Shown here piece after piece: positions 1 through 9,702 of a DNA stretch of 64,000 nt. How positions within the stretch are numbered: position 1 is the first letter of the stretch; the number at the start of each line of letters is the position of its first letter. The position numbers were made by a program, and so were the translations under genes. The notes below the pieces were generated by a model. It was not told where the DNA came from. It made no database searches and saw only the letters and a list, made by a program, of their open reading frames with translations. The stretch is from Spirochaetia bacterium (GTDB lineage Bacteria; Spirochaetota; Spirochaetia; SZUA-6; Bin103). Where the stretch lies: the NCBI GenBank assembly GCA_965203515.1, contig OZ241907.1, forward strand, positions 3,552,001 through 3,616,000, read 5' to 3'.

Positions 1-1189
1 ACAGATGGGGCAGGTCCTCGGCGGCGACGCCGGGACCGGCATCGGCGATGCGTACCTGCAGGTCGCCGTCGCCGGCGACCGATGCGGTAACGGTCACGGC
101 GCCGCCCTCGGGCGTGAAGCGCAGCGCGTTGTCCAGGATGTTCTCGTACACGCGGGACATGAGCGGGCCGTCGATGGCCGCGGTCAGCCGCTCCGGGATG
201 CGCAGGTCGTGCCGCAGCCGGCGCTTCAGAACCGCAGCGTCGCCCGCCATGCCGGCGCACAGCTCGCGATGGAACGCGGCAAGGCCGGTCGGCGCCGGCT
301 CGATGCTCCAGTGGCTGGACGACAGCCGCACGTACTCGATCAGCTCGGAGACCCGCGCGCCGAGCAGATCGGCCTTTTCCGCGATGATCGCCAGATACCG
401 GTCGCGGGTCTCGCGGTCTTCGGCCAAGCCGTCGGCTATCGCCTCCAGGTAGCCCTTGATCGCGGTGAGCGGCGTCTTCACGTCGTGCGACACCGCCGCC
501 AGCAGCCGCGATCGCCGTTCGGCCTCGTCCTTGAGGGCGCCGCGCATGGCGTCGAACGACCGCGCCAGCGACGCCAGCTCGGAGTTGCCGCGCGCCGGGA
601 GCTCGAAGTCGAGGTCGCCGCCGGCAACCCGGCGCGTGGCCCGCTGCAGGCGGGTCACCGACCGGTTGACCGCGGCGGCGATGATCCACGCCACCGCGGC
701 GGCGACGATCGCCAGCGGCAGGAAGATCGTCAGGCCGTTGCGGAGCATCCAGCTCAGGCGCGGCCGCGCCAGCAGGGCGACCGAGCGGATCGGCATGCTG
801 AGCAGAAAGGTCCCGGCCAGCTCGCCGTCCCGGAACAGCGGTTCCAGCATGGTGCGCGTGTCGGCGCGCTCCCGGGAGGCGCGCAGCAGCTCGTTCGGAT
901 CCACCGCGGTCCCGGCCGGATAGCGGGGCAGGCTGGAGAACAGCACCCGGTTGTCGGTGTCCAGCACGGTCAGGCGGACCCCGTCGGGCAGCTCGATGGT
1001 CGGTTGGTCGCCGGCCAGGTAGCGCGGCAACTCCTCCCGTATCCAGCGCATCGCCGGCGGAAAGTCGCGCTGCGCCACGTCCGCGCTCTGCCGCAGGACG
1101 GAGTGGGCGCCGGCGTAGATGGCGGCGACCAGCACCGGCGACAGGGCGACCGCCGCCGCCAGCAGCACGAGCTGGGTGCGCAGCCTCAC
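1..1189 (-). CDS. Sensor histidine kinase with HAMP domain (3' end runs off the window)
   Basis: Manual translation from GTG at 1189, which overlaps the upstream regulator stop (GTGA). Two TM segments, HAMP (SELASLARSFDAM), H-box AVSHDVKTPLTAIKGY, N-box ENILDNALRFTP, G1 box DAGPG. Confidence 0.9.
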   Translation of the reverse strand, partial: MRLRTQLVLLAAAVALSPVLVAAIYAGAHSVLRQSADVAQRDFPPAMRWIREELPRYLAGDQPTIELPDGVRLTVLDTDNRVLFSSLPRYPAGTAVDPNELLRASRERADTRTMLEPLFRDGELAGTFLLSMPIRSVALLARPRLSWMLRNGLTIFLPLAIVAAAVAWIIAAAVNRSVTRLQRATRRVAGGDLDFELPARGNSELASLARSFDAMRGALKDEAERRSRLLAAVSHDVKTPLTAIKGYLEAIADGLAEDRETRDRYLAIIAEKADLLGARVSELIEYVRLSSSHWSIEPAPTGLAAFHRELCAGMAGDAAVLKRRLRHDLRIPERLTAAIDGPLMSRVYENILDNALRFTPEGGAVTVTASVAGDGDLQVRIADAGPGVAAEDLPHL

Positions 1190-1878
1190 GAGGACTCTTC
1201 CGGGTCCGGCTCGAACCGGTAGCCGACGCCGCGCACGGTCTGTACCCGGCGGGCGCCCTGGGCGCCGAGCTTCTTGCGGATGCGCTGCACGTGCACGGTC
1301 ACCGTGGACAGGTCGCCGAAGCGGTTGCCCCACACCCGATCGTAGAGCTGCTCGGCGGTGAACACCTGCCGCGGCGCGGCGGCCAGCATGGCCAGCAGCT
1401 CGAACTCCTTGCGCGCCAGGTTGAGGGGGCGGCCGTCGAGGGTGGCGAGGTACGCGTCGCGGTCGATCGACAGCGGCCCGTAGCGCAGGGCGGGCTCGGC
1501 CGGCTCGACCGACGCCCGCCGGCGGCGCAGGTGGGCGCGGACGCGGGCGGTGAGCACCTTGGGAGAGAACGGCTTGGTGACGTAGTCGTCGGCGCCGCCG
1601 CCGAAGGCGAAGATGCTGTCCTCCTCCGCGTCGCGGGCGGTCAGGACCAGCACCGGCAGGTCGTGCCGCCGGCGCAGGTCGGCGAGCAGCTCGAAGCCAT
1701 CTCTGCCGGGCAGATTGAGGTCGAGCAGCATCAGATCGAAATCGGCGCGCTCGATGGCCGGCAGCGCCTGTTCGGCGGAGTCCGTCACGGTGACGTCGAC
1801 CCCCTCCTTCTCCAGGTAGACGCGCAGCAGATCGCTGATGGCGCGATCATCTTCCACGACCAGTACCTTACCCTGCAC
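1186..1878 (-). CDS. OmpR/PhoB-family response regulator
   Basis: VLVVEDD, LLDLNLPGRDG, ADDYVTKPF, and winged-helix end VQTVRGVGYRF. GTG start at 1878 with GAGGA upstream. Confidence 0.93.
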   Translation of the reverse strand: MQGKVLVVEDDRAISDLLRVYLEKEGVDVTVTDSAEQALPAIERADFDLMLLDLNLPGRDGFELLADLRRRHDLPVLVLTARDAEEDSIFAFGGGADDYVTKPFSPKVLTARVRAHLRRRRASVEPAEPALRYGPLSIDRDAYLATLDGRPLNLARKEFELLAMLAAAPRQVFTAEQLYDRVWGNRFGDLSTVTVHVQRIRKKLGAQGARRVQTVRGVGYRFEPDPEESS

Positions 1879-2026
1879 CGTTGCGGTTCCTCGTACGTGA
1901 GGTGCAGTGTAGCGCCGGCGATGAACCGCAGGTAAACAGGCGCTGAAAGTGTGCGGAACCCGCGCGGCCCGGATCGGGGTGACGGGGGCAGGTTCCCGAT
2001 GGTACCGTGGAGGCCGAGGCATCCCG

Positions 2027-2293
2027 GTGAACCGACCCGTCCGTACCGCGCTCCACGCCGCCTGGGTGCTGGCCCTGCCGGTGCTTCTGATCGGCGTCTT
2101 CGCCGGCGGCTTCGTGGCGCTGGCGGAGATCGAGGAATGGGACGGCGAACGCATGCTCACGGTCTACGGCTCGCCGATCACCCCGCTGTTCGTGGGCGCC
2201 AGCGCCGGCCCGGTGCTGCTGCTGGCCTACCTCGCCTACTGGCTGGTCCGCTACCTGTCGGCTCCCCGCAAGCGGCCGCGGCGCCGGCGCTGA
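2027..2293 (+). CDS. Small two-TM membrane protein, divergent from the regulator
   Basis: GGAGG then GTG at 2027. Two hydrophobic stretches and a basic C-terminal tail. Confidence 0.6.
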   Translation: MNRPVRTALHAAWVLALPVLLIGVFAGGFVALAEIEEWDGERMLTVYGSPITPLFVGASAGPVLLLAYLAYWLVRYLSAPRKRPRRRR

Positions 2294-2547
2294 CCGCGGG
2301 CCGATCGCCGTCGGTGGGTCCAGGGTCGATCTGCCGGCCGGCGAATCGTGCCCCATACGGGTGACGTGCGAACGTCGATGCGCCCGGCCGCCAGCGGAAA
2401 GTGCAGGTCGGTCTGCACCGGCACGATGACGCCACGCAGCGCGGCGCGATAGGCCCGGGCCACGACGACGATACTCGGCGTCAGGCCGCCGGCCGGTCAA
2501 GCGCACAGACGCCGCAGCCAGTGCCAGCGTTACCAGACGCTGGATTC

Positions 2548-2576
2548 TTGACGTCGGTCACAAGGCCATGTATGGT
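2548..2576 (+). promoter_or_regulatory. Putative sigma70 promoter of the methyltransferase
   Basis: TTGACG-17 nt-TATGGT. Confidence 0.45.
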
Positions 2577-2675
2577 ACTCATGTCGCATAGATGACGCCA
2601 TGTTTCAGACAGGCTCCGGTCGAATAGTGTTTACCGAACATCAAAGCACCTCCTCAGCGGTAAAGTGACGCATCG

Positions 2676-4319
2676 GTGAATTGCAAGGAACTTCAGACCG
2701 ACCAGAAGCTGCGTGGCGGGTACTACACTCCTGACGACCTTGCCGAGTTCATGGTCCGTTGGGTACGCGGAATCGGTCCCGGTTCGATCCTGGAACCCAG
2801 TTGCGGGGACGGTGTCTTCCTCGACAAGATCGCGACGCATCTCGGGGATTCCGCCGTGATGGCGTTTGAGATCGATCGCCATGAAGCGATGAAGTCGATG
2901 CGCCGGGTGGCGTCGTCCGCCTTGACGCGTGTTACCGTTCGGAGTGAGGACTTTCTCGGCTGGGCAGGCAACGTCCTGCGAGACCGAGATATTGGATTCG
3001 ACGCCGTACTGGGAAATCCGCCGTTCATCCGATACCAGTATCTCCCGACGGTCTTTCAGCGGCGCGCCCAACATATATTCGAAGAGTTGGGCTGTAAGTT
3101 CACCAAGCACACGAATGCCTGGGTGCCGTTCGTCCTCGGCTCGTTTTCCCTGTTGCGTCCGGGTGGTCGCCTTGCGATGGTGGTGCCGACCGAGATCCTT
3201 CACGTGACGCACGCTCGATCGTTAAGGCGGTATCTGGCATCGAACTGCCAGCGAGTTGTCATCGTCGACCCTGCGGAGCTTTGGTTTCCGGAGACACTCC
3301 AGGGCGCCGTACTGCTACTGGCACAGAAGCGGCGTGGCCCGTGGGACCATGCAGAAGGCATCGGCATACACTCCGTACGCGGACGCGAATTCGTTGACAG
3401 TGATCCGGAAGCGGTGTTCGGCGCGCCGACCTGTATCGATGGGCCTGCCATGCAAGCCAAGTGGACCAGAGCTTTGCTGCCTTCGTACATACGAACACTT
3501 CTCGACGGCATCGTCGAGAACGGGCACGTAAGACGTTTTGATGATGTCGCGGAGGTCGATGTAGGGATCGTCACCGGCGCGAACAGCTTTTTCCTCGTTT
3601 CGGATGAAACGGTCCACGAATATGGCTTGAAGCCATGGGCGCATCCCATGTTCGGCCGCAGCGAGCACTGTCCCGGAGTGATATACGACTGGAATCAACA
3701 CGTCGCGAATGCGGCTCGGGGCAGCCCGACCAATTTCGTGTGGTTTCAGGATTCCAGCGTCGAAGACAACGCTGGCGGCCGGGCGTACATACGACGTGGT
3801 GAGCAGAGACGATATCACGTGCGGTACAAGTGTCGCATCCGCGAGCCCTGGTACGCCGTGCCTTCGGTCTACGCCACGGATGTGGGTATGCTGAAACGTT
3901 CGCATGATACGCCCCGTTTGATTCTCAATGAACTGCGCGCCTACACTACAGATACGGCATATCGAGTGCGAATCAGAAACGGCTCCGCCGGTCGGTTCGT
4001 CTTCAATTTCATGAATGCGCTTACGGCGCTGAGCGCCGAGTTGGAGGGTCGTCACTACGGAGGCGGCGTCCTCGAGTTGGTGCCCTCGGAGATCGAAAAC
4101 TTGCTGCTTCCGGTTCCGAAAGAAGTCGAGGTCGACATCCGGGATCTCGATAACGCTGTCCGTACATTATCGGCGGAGTCGGTCCTCGAACGGCAGTCAC
4201 GGATCGTTCTTGGCGCTATCGGAATACCTGCCAATGCCCAAGAAGACCTGCTCGGTGCATGGAAGAAACTGCGGGACCGCCGACAGCGAATCCGTTCCCT
4301 GTCGGCGTCTGGAGCGTGA
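2676..4319 (+). CDS. N6-adenine DNA methyltransferase (gamma class, TaqI/Eco57I-like)
   Basis: GGYYTP, motif I LEPSCGDGVF and motif IV GNPPF, in gamma order. Lower GC than flanking genes. Confidence 0.88.
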   Translation: MNCKELQTDQKLRGGYYTPDDLAEFMVRWVRGIGPGSILEPSCGDGVFLDKIATHLGDSAVMAFEIDRHEAMKSMRRVASSALTRVTVRSEDFLGWAGNVLRDRDIGFDAVLGNPPFIRYQYLPTVFQRRAQHIFEELGCKFTKHTNAWVPFVLGSFSLLRPGGRLAMVVPTEILHVTHARSLRRYLASNCQRVVIVDPAELWFPETLQGAVLLLAQKRRGPWDHAEGIGIHSVRGREFVDSDPEAVFGAPTCIDGPAMQAKWTRALLPSYIRTLLDGIVENGHVRRFDDVAEVDVGIVTGANSFFLVSDETVHEYGLKPWAHPMFGRSEHCPGVIYDWNQHVANAARGSPTNFVWFQDSSVEDNAGGRAYIRRGEQRRYHVRYKCRIREPWYAVPSVYATDVGMLKRSHDTPRLILNELRAYTTDTAYRVRIRNGSAGRFVFNFMNALTALSAELEGRHYGGGVLELVPSEIENLLLPVPKEVEVDIRDLDNAVRTLSAESVLERQSRIVLGAIGIPANAQEDLLGAWKKLRDRRQRIRSLSASGA

Positions 4320-4325
4320 CCGGAC

Positions 4326-5462
4326 CTATTCGATTTCGAGGATAAATCCCTCTCCGGACTTGTACAGATAAATCGTTCGGTGCAGCAGATCCGTACGGGC
4401 AACGAGCGGGCGTGCGTCACCCCAGTGCAGCTGAGTCATACTGTTTCGCTGGCGGTACGCTTTTGAGTCGGTCCGCGTATTGTGGGACACGCGCAGTTCG
4501 AAGCGCCCGTAATCGATGCCGGCAATGACGATGTCGAATCGAGCGATGGTTCGTTCGTAGTAGGGGGTACGAGGGTCGGTCCGCCAATCGAGCAGTCCGA
4601 ACACTTCGTCGCGAAAATAGTGTCTTTGGTCGATATCTTCCATGGCCCCCTTGGTGAAGAGCATCGAACCGGTCGGATTGGTCGTCGTGCCGACAGGTAT
4701 CGTAAGCGCTCGTCGAGTGAGCGGCCCGCTTTGCCAGACGAGCGTCGGCCTCATGCGCGATGCAGCCGGGATAGACTTCGACGGCCGATGAGCGGAAGGC
4801 TTCCGGACAGGGAGGGGTACATACCTGGTATTCAGCGGCATCACGCCTGGTACGTCCATTTGCCGATCTCGTGAGTAGCCCGCGGAAGGGGGAGCAACCG
4901 TTACGGACTCATCGACCACGCGCCCGGAATCGAGGAGTCGTTGAATCGTTCGATCGTCGGTAATCGGGAAGACATGATCCGGGAACGTTGGTATCATGCC
5001 GTAGAGGTTGGTTTCGAGATCGGTGACCATCACTGCGTTGTCGGGGTGATTCAGCGACAATGTCAAGCAAAGACCGGCTTCTATGTTCGAAGCCAGTCCG
5101 GCTCGCGTGAGGTTGGCGCTACCGATGATGACCCGGGCTTCTTCGGCGTTTCTGGAAGCGTATATCTTCGGATGAAACAGGATCGATCGGGAACCCGTGT
5201 CGACGACGTAGATCGAGCACCCGAGGCGCAGGAGTTCGGTGAGACCTTGTGCGGAAGTGATTCCATTGCGTATGCCCACAAAGACGGTGGTGTTGGCGGC
5301 GGCGGTTGCGATGGCGTGACCGACGGCGGACAGACCGCCCGCATTCAAGAAGGCGACTCCGATGGTGATCCGCTCCGGATTGGGGATGGCGAGCACGCGC
5401 TTGACGGCGTTCTCATGGTTGGCGTAGGTGATGCCTTGAAGGATCACGGTGGCCGTGGACAT
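4326..5462 (-). CDS. PLD-family (HxK) nuclease, probable restriction endonuclease
   Basis: FHPKIY...IIGSANLT...NIE PLD motif in the N-terminal half plus a separate C-terminal domain. Convergent with the MTase. Confidence 0.8.
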   Translation of the reverse strand: MSTATVILQGITYANHENAVKRVLAIPNPERITIGVAFLNAGGLSAVGHAIATAAANTTVFVGIRNGITSAQGLTELLRLGCSIYVVDTGSRSILFHPKIYASRNAEEARVIIGSANLTRAGLASNIEAGLCLTLSLNHPDNAVMVTDLETNLYGMIPTFPDHVFPITDDRTIQRLLDSGRVVDESVTVAPPSAGYSRDRQMDVPGVMPLNTRYVPLPVRKPSAHRPSKSIPAASRMRPTLVWQSGPLTRRALTIPVGTTTNPTGSMLFTKGAMEDIDQRHYFRDEVFGLLDWRTDPRTPYYERTIARFDIVIAGIDYGRFELRVSHNTRTDSKAYRQRNSMTQLHWGDARPLVARTDLLHRTIYLYKSGEGFILEIE

Positions 5463-5621
5463 AGTGGTCTCCAGACAGGATCATGACATGTCGGTGATGC
5501 GGCTGCGATGTAGCGATTGGGCAGTCGATCGGACACGGAAGATGGCGCCATGGCTAGCCGTTGGCTTTCGACCGGCGCGGTCTTCTCGCGCCGGCGGGGA
5601 ACCGGGTAGGCTGACGGCGGC

Positions 5622-7055
5622 ATGAGCAGCCCGGACACGCAGCCGGCCGTCGAACCGAGCTTCAACGACGGGCTTTCCATGACCGTCGACCGCGCGCTGC
5701 GGCACCTGGAGCTGCCGTCGGGACTGGCGGGGCAGATCAAGGCGTGCGACTCGGTGCTGCAACTCCACTTTCCGGTGCGGCTGGACGACGGCGTGTACCA
5801 CATCTTCCGCGGCTGGCGCGCCACGCACAGTTCGCATCTGCTGCCGGCCAAGGGCGGCATCCGCTACGCCGTCTGCGTCGACCAGGACGAGGTGGAGGCG
5901 CTGGCGGCGCTGATGACCTACAAGTGCGCGCTGGTCGACGTCCCGTTCGGCGGTTCCAAGGGCGGCGTGCGGCTGGAGCCGGGCCGCCACTCCGAGCGGG
6001 AGCTGGAGGCGATCACCCGCCGCTTTGCCCGCGAGCTGATCGCGCGCGGCTACCTCAGCCCCGGCGGCAACGTGCCGGCGCCCGACATGGGCACCGGCGC
6101 CCGCGAGATGGGCTGGATCGCCGACGTCTACCGGACGCTGCGCCCGGAAGAGATCAACGCGCTGGCCTGCGTGACCGGCAAGCCGGTCACCTCCGGCGGC
6201 ATCCCGGGCCGGATCGAGGCGACCGGACGCGGCGTGCAGTTCGCGGTGCGCGAGCTGTTCCGCCGCCCGGAGGACATGGCGCTCGCCGGCCTGGACGGCG
6301 AGCTGGCCGGCAAGCGGATCGTGGTGCAAGGGCTCGGCAACGTCGGCTTCCACCTGGCCAAGTACCTCTCCGAGGAAGACGGCGCGCTGATCGTCGGCGT
6401 GATGACGCGCGAAGGCGTGGTCCTGAACGACCGCGGCATCGCGATCGCCGAGCTGCGCGACCATCTGGACCGCTACGGCGGCGTCGATCGGTTTCCCGGC
6501 GGGAGGACGGACGTGGCGGCGGACGCGTTTCTGGCCACCCCGTGCGACCTGCTGATCCCGGCCGCGATCGAGGGCCAGATACATCGCGGCAACGCCGCCT
6601 CGATCCGCACCCGGCTGGTGGTGGAGGCGGCCAACGGTCCGGTCACCTTCGGGGGAGACGAGATTCTGCGTCGGCGCGGCATACCGGTGCTGCCGGACCT
6701 GTACGTGAACGCGGGCGGCGTGACCGTCTCCTACTTCGAGTGGATCAAGAACCTGTCGCACATCCGCTTCGGCCGGCTGGACCGCCGCCTGGACGAGGGG
6801 CGCGGCGCGCGCATCGTCAGCGCCCTGGAGCAGATGACCGGCCGTTCCGCCGACGCGGCGCTGCGCGCCGAGTTGATCACCGGCGCCGACGAGCTTGCGC
6901 TGGTGCGATCGGGCCTGGACGACACCATGCGGCAGGCATATGACGAGATCAGCGAGACGTTCCACCGGAACGACCGGATCGACGACTACCGCACGGCCGC
7001 GTTCGTGGTGGCGCTGGGCAAGATCGCCAATACCTACCTCGACCTGGGCGTGTAA
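5622..7055 (+). CDS. gdhA: Glutamate dehydrogenase (Glu/Leu/Phe/Val family)
   Basis: PAKGGIRY, MTYKCALVDVPFGGSKGG, VPAPDMGT, QGLGNVG, EAANGP, NAGGVTVSYFEW. Confidence 0.93.
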   Translation: MSSPDTQPAVEPSFNDGLSMTVDRALRHLELPSGLAGQIKACDSVLQLHFPVRLDDGVYHIFRGWRATHSSHLLPAKGGIRYAVCVDQDEVEALAALMTYKCALVDVPFGGSKGGVRLEPGRHSERELEAITRRFARELIARGYLSPGGNVPAPDMGTGAREMGWIADVYRTLRPEEINALACVTGKPVTSGGIPGRIEATGRGVQFAVRELFRRPEDMALAGLDGELAGKRIVVQGLGNVGFHLAKYLSEEDGALIVGVMTREGVVLNDRGIAIAELRDHLDRYGGVDRFPGGRTDVAADAFLATPCDLLIPAAIEGQIHRGNAASIRTRLVVEAANGPVTFGGDEILRRRGIPVLPDLYVNAGGVTVSYFEWIKNLSHIRFGRLDRRLDEGRGARIVSALEQMTGRSADAALRAELITGADELALVRSGLDDTMRQAYDEISETFHRNDRIDDYRTAAFVVALGKIANTYLDLGV

Positions 7056-7139
7056 GGCCGGCCCGGCCGAGCGCCGGTCATGGAGCTGCGCCGGAACGAG
7101 AAGACGCGCACGATGCCGGCTCCCAGCTCGCCGGTCGCA
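6994..7139 (+). repeat. Left copy of a diverged duplication: gdhA 3' end fused by deletion to an internal fragment of the TIM-barrel gene
   Basis: 6994-7079 matches 9603-9689, and 7071-7139 matches about 10214-10282. The two parts join at shared GCGCCGGTC. Confidence 0.85.
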
Positions 7140-7187
7140 CGCTGCCGCGGTCGGCCCTGATTCGTGTGTGTGTTGGGGGTAGCATCG

Positions 7188-9452
7188 TCACTCTACCCCT
7201 ACCTCGACCAGAAGCTGCTGGCCGGCCAGGGTCTGGCGGGCAAAGAACAGGTTCTGGTACGGGTCATTGCCGCCCGCCGCCAGGATGGCGGTGCCGGTGG
7301 CGGTGGTGCCGCCGGACGGCGCCGCCGAAAAGGTCACGGTCGGGGCCGTCGTGTAGCCGTTCCCCCCGTTCGTGATCCTCACCGACCGGACGCGGTATTC
7401 ATAGACCGCGGTGCCGGTGGCGGTGGTACCGCCGGACGGCGCCGCCGAAAAGGTCACGGTGGGGGCGGAAGTGTAGCCGTTCCCCTCGTTCGTGACCGTC
7501 ACCGAGGCCACCCCGTAGTCCATCACCGCGCTGGCGGCCGCTCCGCTGCCGCCGCCGCCCGTAAAGGAGACGGTGGGCGCCGAGGTGTAGCCGCTGCCGG
7601 CGGTCCCGACCGTCACCGAGTCGACCCCGTAGTCCATCACCGCGGTGCCGGTGGCGGTGGTGCCGCCGCTCGGCGCCGCCGAAAAGGTCACGGTGGGCGC
7701 CGAGGTGTAGCCGCTCCCCGGGTTGGTGACCCTCACCGATGCTGCCCCGTAGGCCACGCTCGCGGTAGCGGTCGCTCCGCTGCCGCCGCCGCCCGAGAAG
7801 GAGACGGTGGGCGCCGAGGTGTAGCCGCTGCCGGGGTTGGTGACCGTCACCCCGGTGATGGTGGTGCCCATCACCGCGTGGTAGCCGGCCCCGCTGCCGC
7901 CGCCCCCGGAAAAGGTGATCGTGGGGGCCGAGGTGTAGCCCGCTCCCGCGTTGGTGATGTCCACTCCTCGAATGTTGGTGAACAGATCCACGGTGACGGC
8001 CGCCCCGCTGCCGCCGCCGCCCACAAGGGTGACGGCGGGCGCCGAGGTGTAGCCGCGGCCCGGGTTAGACACAAAGATGCGCTCCATCCGCCCGTCGCTG
8101 TACCGATATGCGGTGCCGGTGGCCCTGGTGCCGCCGGACGGCGGCGCCTGGAACGACACCGTCGGATTGCTCGTGTAGCCGCTCCCCCGGTGAGAGGCGC
8201 TCGCGAAACGCGCCCGCGACACGGCGTCGGGCCCCCACGCGGTGCCGGTGGCGGTGGTGCCGCCGGACGGCGGCGCCGAGAAGGTCACGGTCGGGACCGA
8301 GCTGTAGCCGCTCCCATATTGATTGCCGGTTCTCGCCACGGAAGCGACCCGGTCCGGCCCCTCCGCGGCGCCGGTGGCGGTGGTGCCGGCGGCCGGCGGC
8401 GCCGAGATGGTCACGGTGGGTGCCGAGGTGTAGCCGCTGCCGGCGGTCCCCATCGTCACCGAAGCGACGACGCCGCTTCTCGTCGCCGTGGCGGCTGCTC
8501 CGCTGCCGCCGCCGCCCGTAAAGGAGACGGTGGGTGTCGAGGTGTAGCCGCTGCCGGCGGTCCCGATCGTCACGTCATCGACGCCGCCGCTGATCGCCGC
8601 GGTGCCGGCGGCGTCGGTGCCGCCGGCCGGCGCCGCCGAGAAGGAGACGGTGGGTGCCGAGGTGTAGCCGCTGCCGGCGGTCCCGACCGTCACGTCATCG
8701 ACGCTGCCGGTGACCGCCACGGCGCCGGTTGCCGTGGTGCCGCCGGCCGGCGGCGCCGAGAAGGAGACGGTGGGTGCCGAGACGTAGCCGCTGCCGTTGG
8801 TCCCCATCGTCACCGAAGCGACGGCGCCGCCGCCCGCTACGGTGCCGGTTGCTTCGGCGCCGCCGGCCGGCGGCGCCGTAAAGGAGACGGTGGGGACCGA
8901 GACGTAGCCGCTCCCCCGGTCGGTAATCCTGACCGACTCGACGGTGTCGGGGGCGCCCGACTGATCCGGGGCGGTGAGCACCAGCACGATCGCGCCGGCG
9001 CTCACTTCGGCGGAAACCTCCCACTGCGCGCCGCTGAGGTCGCCCGCGAAGGCCGGCTCGGCCGCCGTGCTCGTGAACGGCAGCTCGTTGCCGCCGATCG
9101 ACACGGTCACCGTTTCGCCCTCGGCGCCGGTGAGCCCGTCCCAGGCGAACGGCTCGGAGCGGATCGTCAAGGCGCTCGGGTCCGCTGCGTCAGGCAGCGG
9201 CAGCGCCGATGACCAGGCATCCTCCCCGAGGGGCCAGCTCTTCGTGGCCGGCGCCGGGGCCGGCGCGGTCGGCGACCCGCCGTCGCCGCCAGTGCCGCCG
9301 CTCCCCGCGCCGCCGGTGCCGTTCGTTGCTGCCGGCCGGGCCGCCTGCTGGCACGCCAGCAGGGCGATGCCGGTGACCGCCGCCAACGCCAGGAGCAGCG
9401 ATGCCTTACGAGTCGGATTGGTTCTGTCGCGTGCGGCGCGGTATACTCTCAT
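7188..9452 (-). CDS. Putative surface lipoprotein with 14 approximately 40-aa G(S/N)GYTSAPTV repeats
   Basis: Lipobox-like signal (LLLALAAVTGIALLA-C), Gly/Pro linker, and 14 counted repeats. GGGGAGG RBS before the ATG. Confidence 0.8.
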   Translation of the reverse strand: MRVYRAARDRTNPTRKASLLLALAAVTGIALLACQQAARPAATNGTGGAGSGGTGGDGGSPTAPAPAPATKSWPLGEDAWSSALPLPDAADPSALTIRSEPFAWDGLTGAEGETVTVSIGGNELPFTSTAAEPAFAGDLSGAQWEVSAEVSAGAIVLVLTAPDQSGAPDTVESVRITDRGSGYVSVPTVSFTAPPAGGAEATGTVAGGGAVASVTMGTNGSGYVSAPTVSFSAPPAGGTTATGAVAVTGSVDDVTVGTAGSGYTSAPTVSFSAAPAGGTDAAGTAAISGGVDDVTIGTAGSGYTSTPTVSFTGGGGSGAAATATRSGVVASVTMGTAGSGYTSAPTVTISAPPAAGTTATGAAEGPDRVASVARTGNQYGSGYSSVPTVTFSAPPSGGTTATGTAWGPDAVSRARFASASHRGSGYTSNPTVSFQAPPSGGTRATGTAYRYSDGRMERIFVSNPGRGYTSAPAVTLVGGGGSGAAVTVDLFTNIRGVDITNAGAGYTSAPTITFSGGGGSGAGYHAVMGTTITGVTVTNPGSGYTSAPTVSFSGGGGSGATATASVAYGAASVRVTNPGSGYTSAPTVTFSAAPSGGTTATGTAVMDYGVDSVTVGTAGSGYTSAPTVSFTGGGGSGAAASAVMDYGVASVTVTNEGNGYTSAPTVTFSAAPSGGTTATGTAVYEYRVRSVRITNGGNGYTTAPTVTFSAAPSGGTTATGTAILAAGGNDPYQNLFFARQTLAGQQLLVEVGVE

Positions 9453-9467
9453 CCTGGCGGCCTCCCC

Positions 9468-9485
9468 GGGGGGGGGGGGGGGGGG
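9468..9485 (-). repeat. 18-nt homopolymer (C18 on the coding strand) in the 5' region of the lipoprotein gene
   Basis: G run at 9468-9485 on the + strand, between a TACAAT hexamer (9496-9501, minus strand) and the RBS. Confidence 0.9.
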
Positions 9486-9602
9486 ACTTAAACTTATTGT
9501 AGGTCACTCGAAGTACTCCCAAAGCTGAGGCAGACGCCGCCGAGGCGGCTCGGCCATCTCTTCCAGCAGGACATCGTACCGGATGAATGGGCGACGTTCA
9601 AG

Positions 9603-9689
9603 CGGCCGCGTTCGTGGTGGCGCTGCGCAAGATATCCGACACCTACCTCGACCTGGGCGTGTAAAGCCCGGCGCGGCGGAGCGCCGGTC
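9603..9689 (+). pseudogene. Duplicated 3' end of gdhA (right copy)
   Basis: Encodes AAFVVALRKISDTYLDLGV*, versus AAFVVALGKIANTYLDLGV* in gdhA. Confidence 0.85.
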
Positions 9690-9702
9690 GGGGGACGCGC
9701 CG

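Noticed and set aside
2340..2465. Short minus-strand segment (VPVQTDLHFPL...SPVWG) that may be an alpha/beta-hydrolase remnant
   Set aside because: Too short and degenerate to support without a search.
7250..8930. Regularly spaced DNA repeats (GAGGTGTAGCCGCT...) resembling a CRISPR array
   Set aside because: They are the codons of in-frame protein repeats with related spacers, and no cas genes are present.
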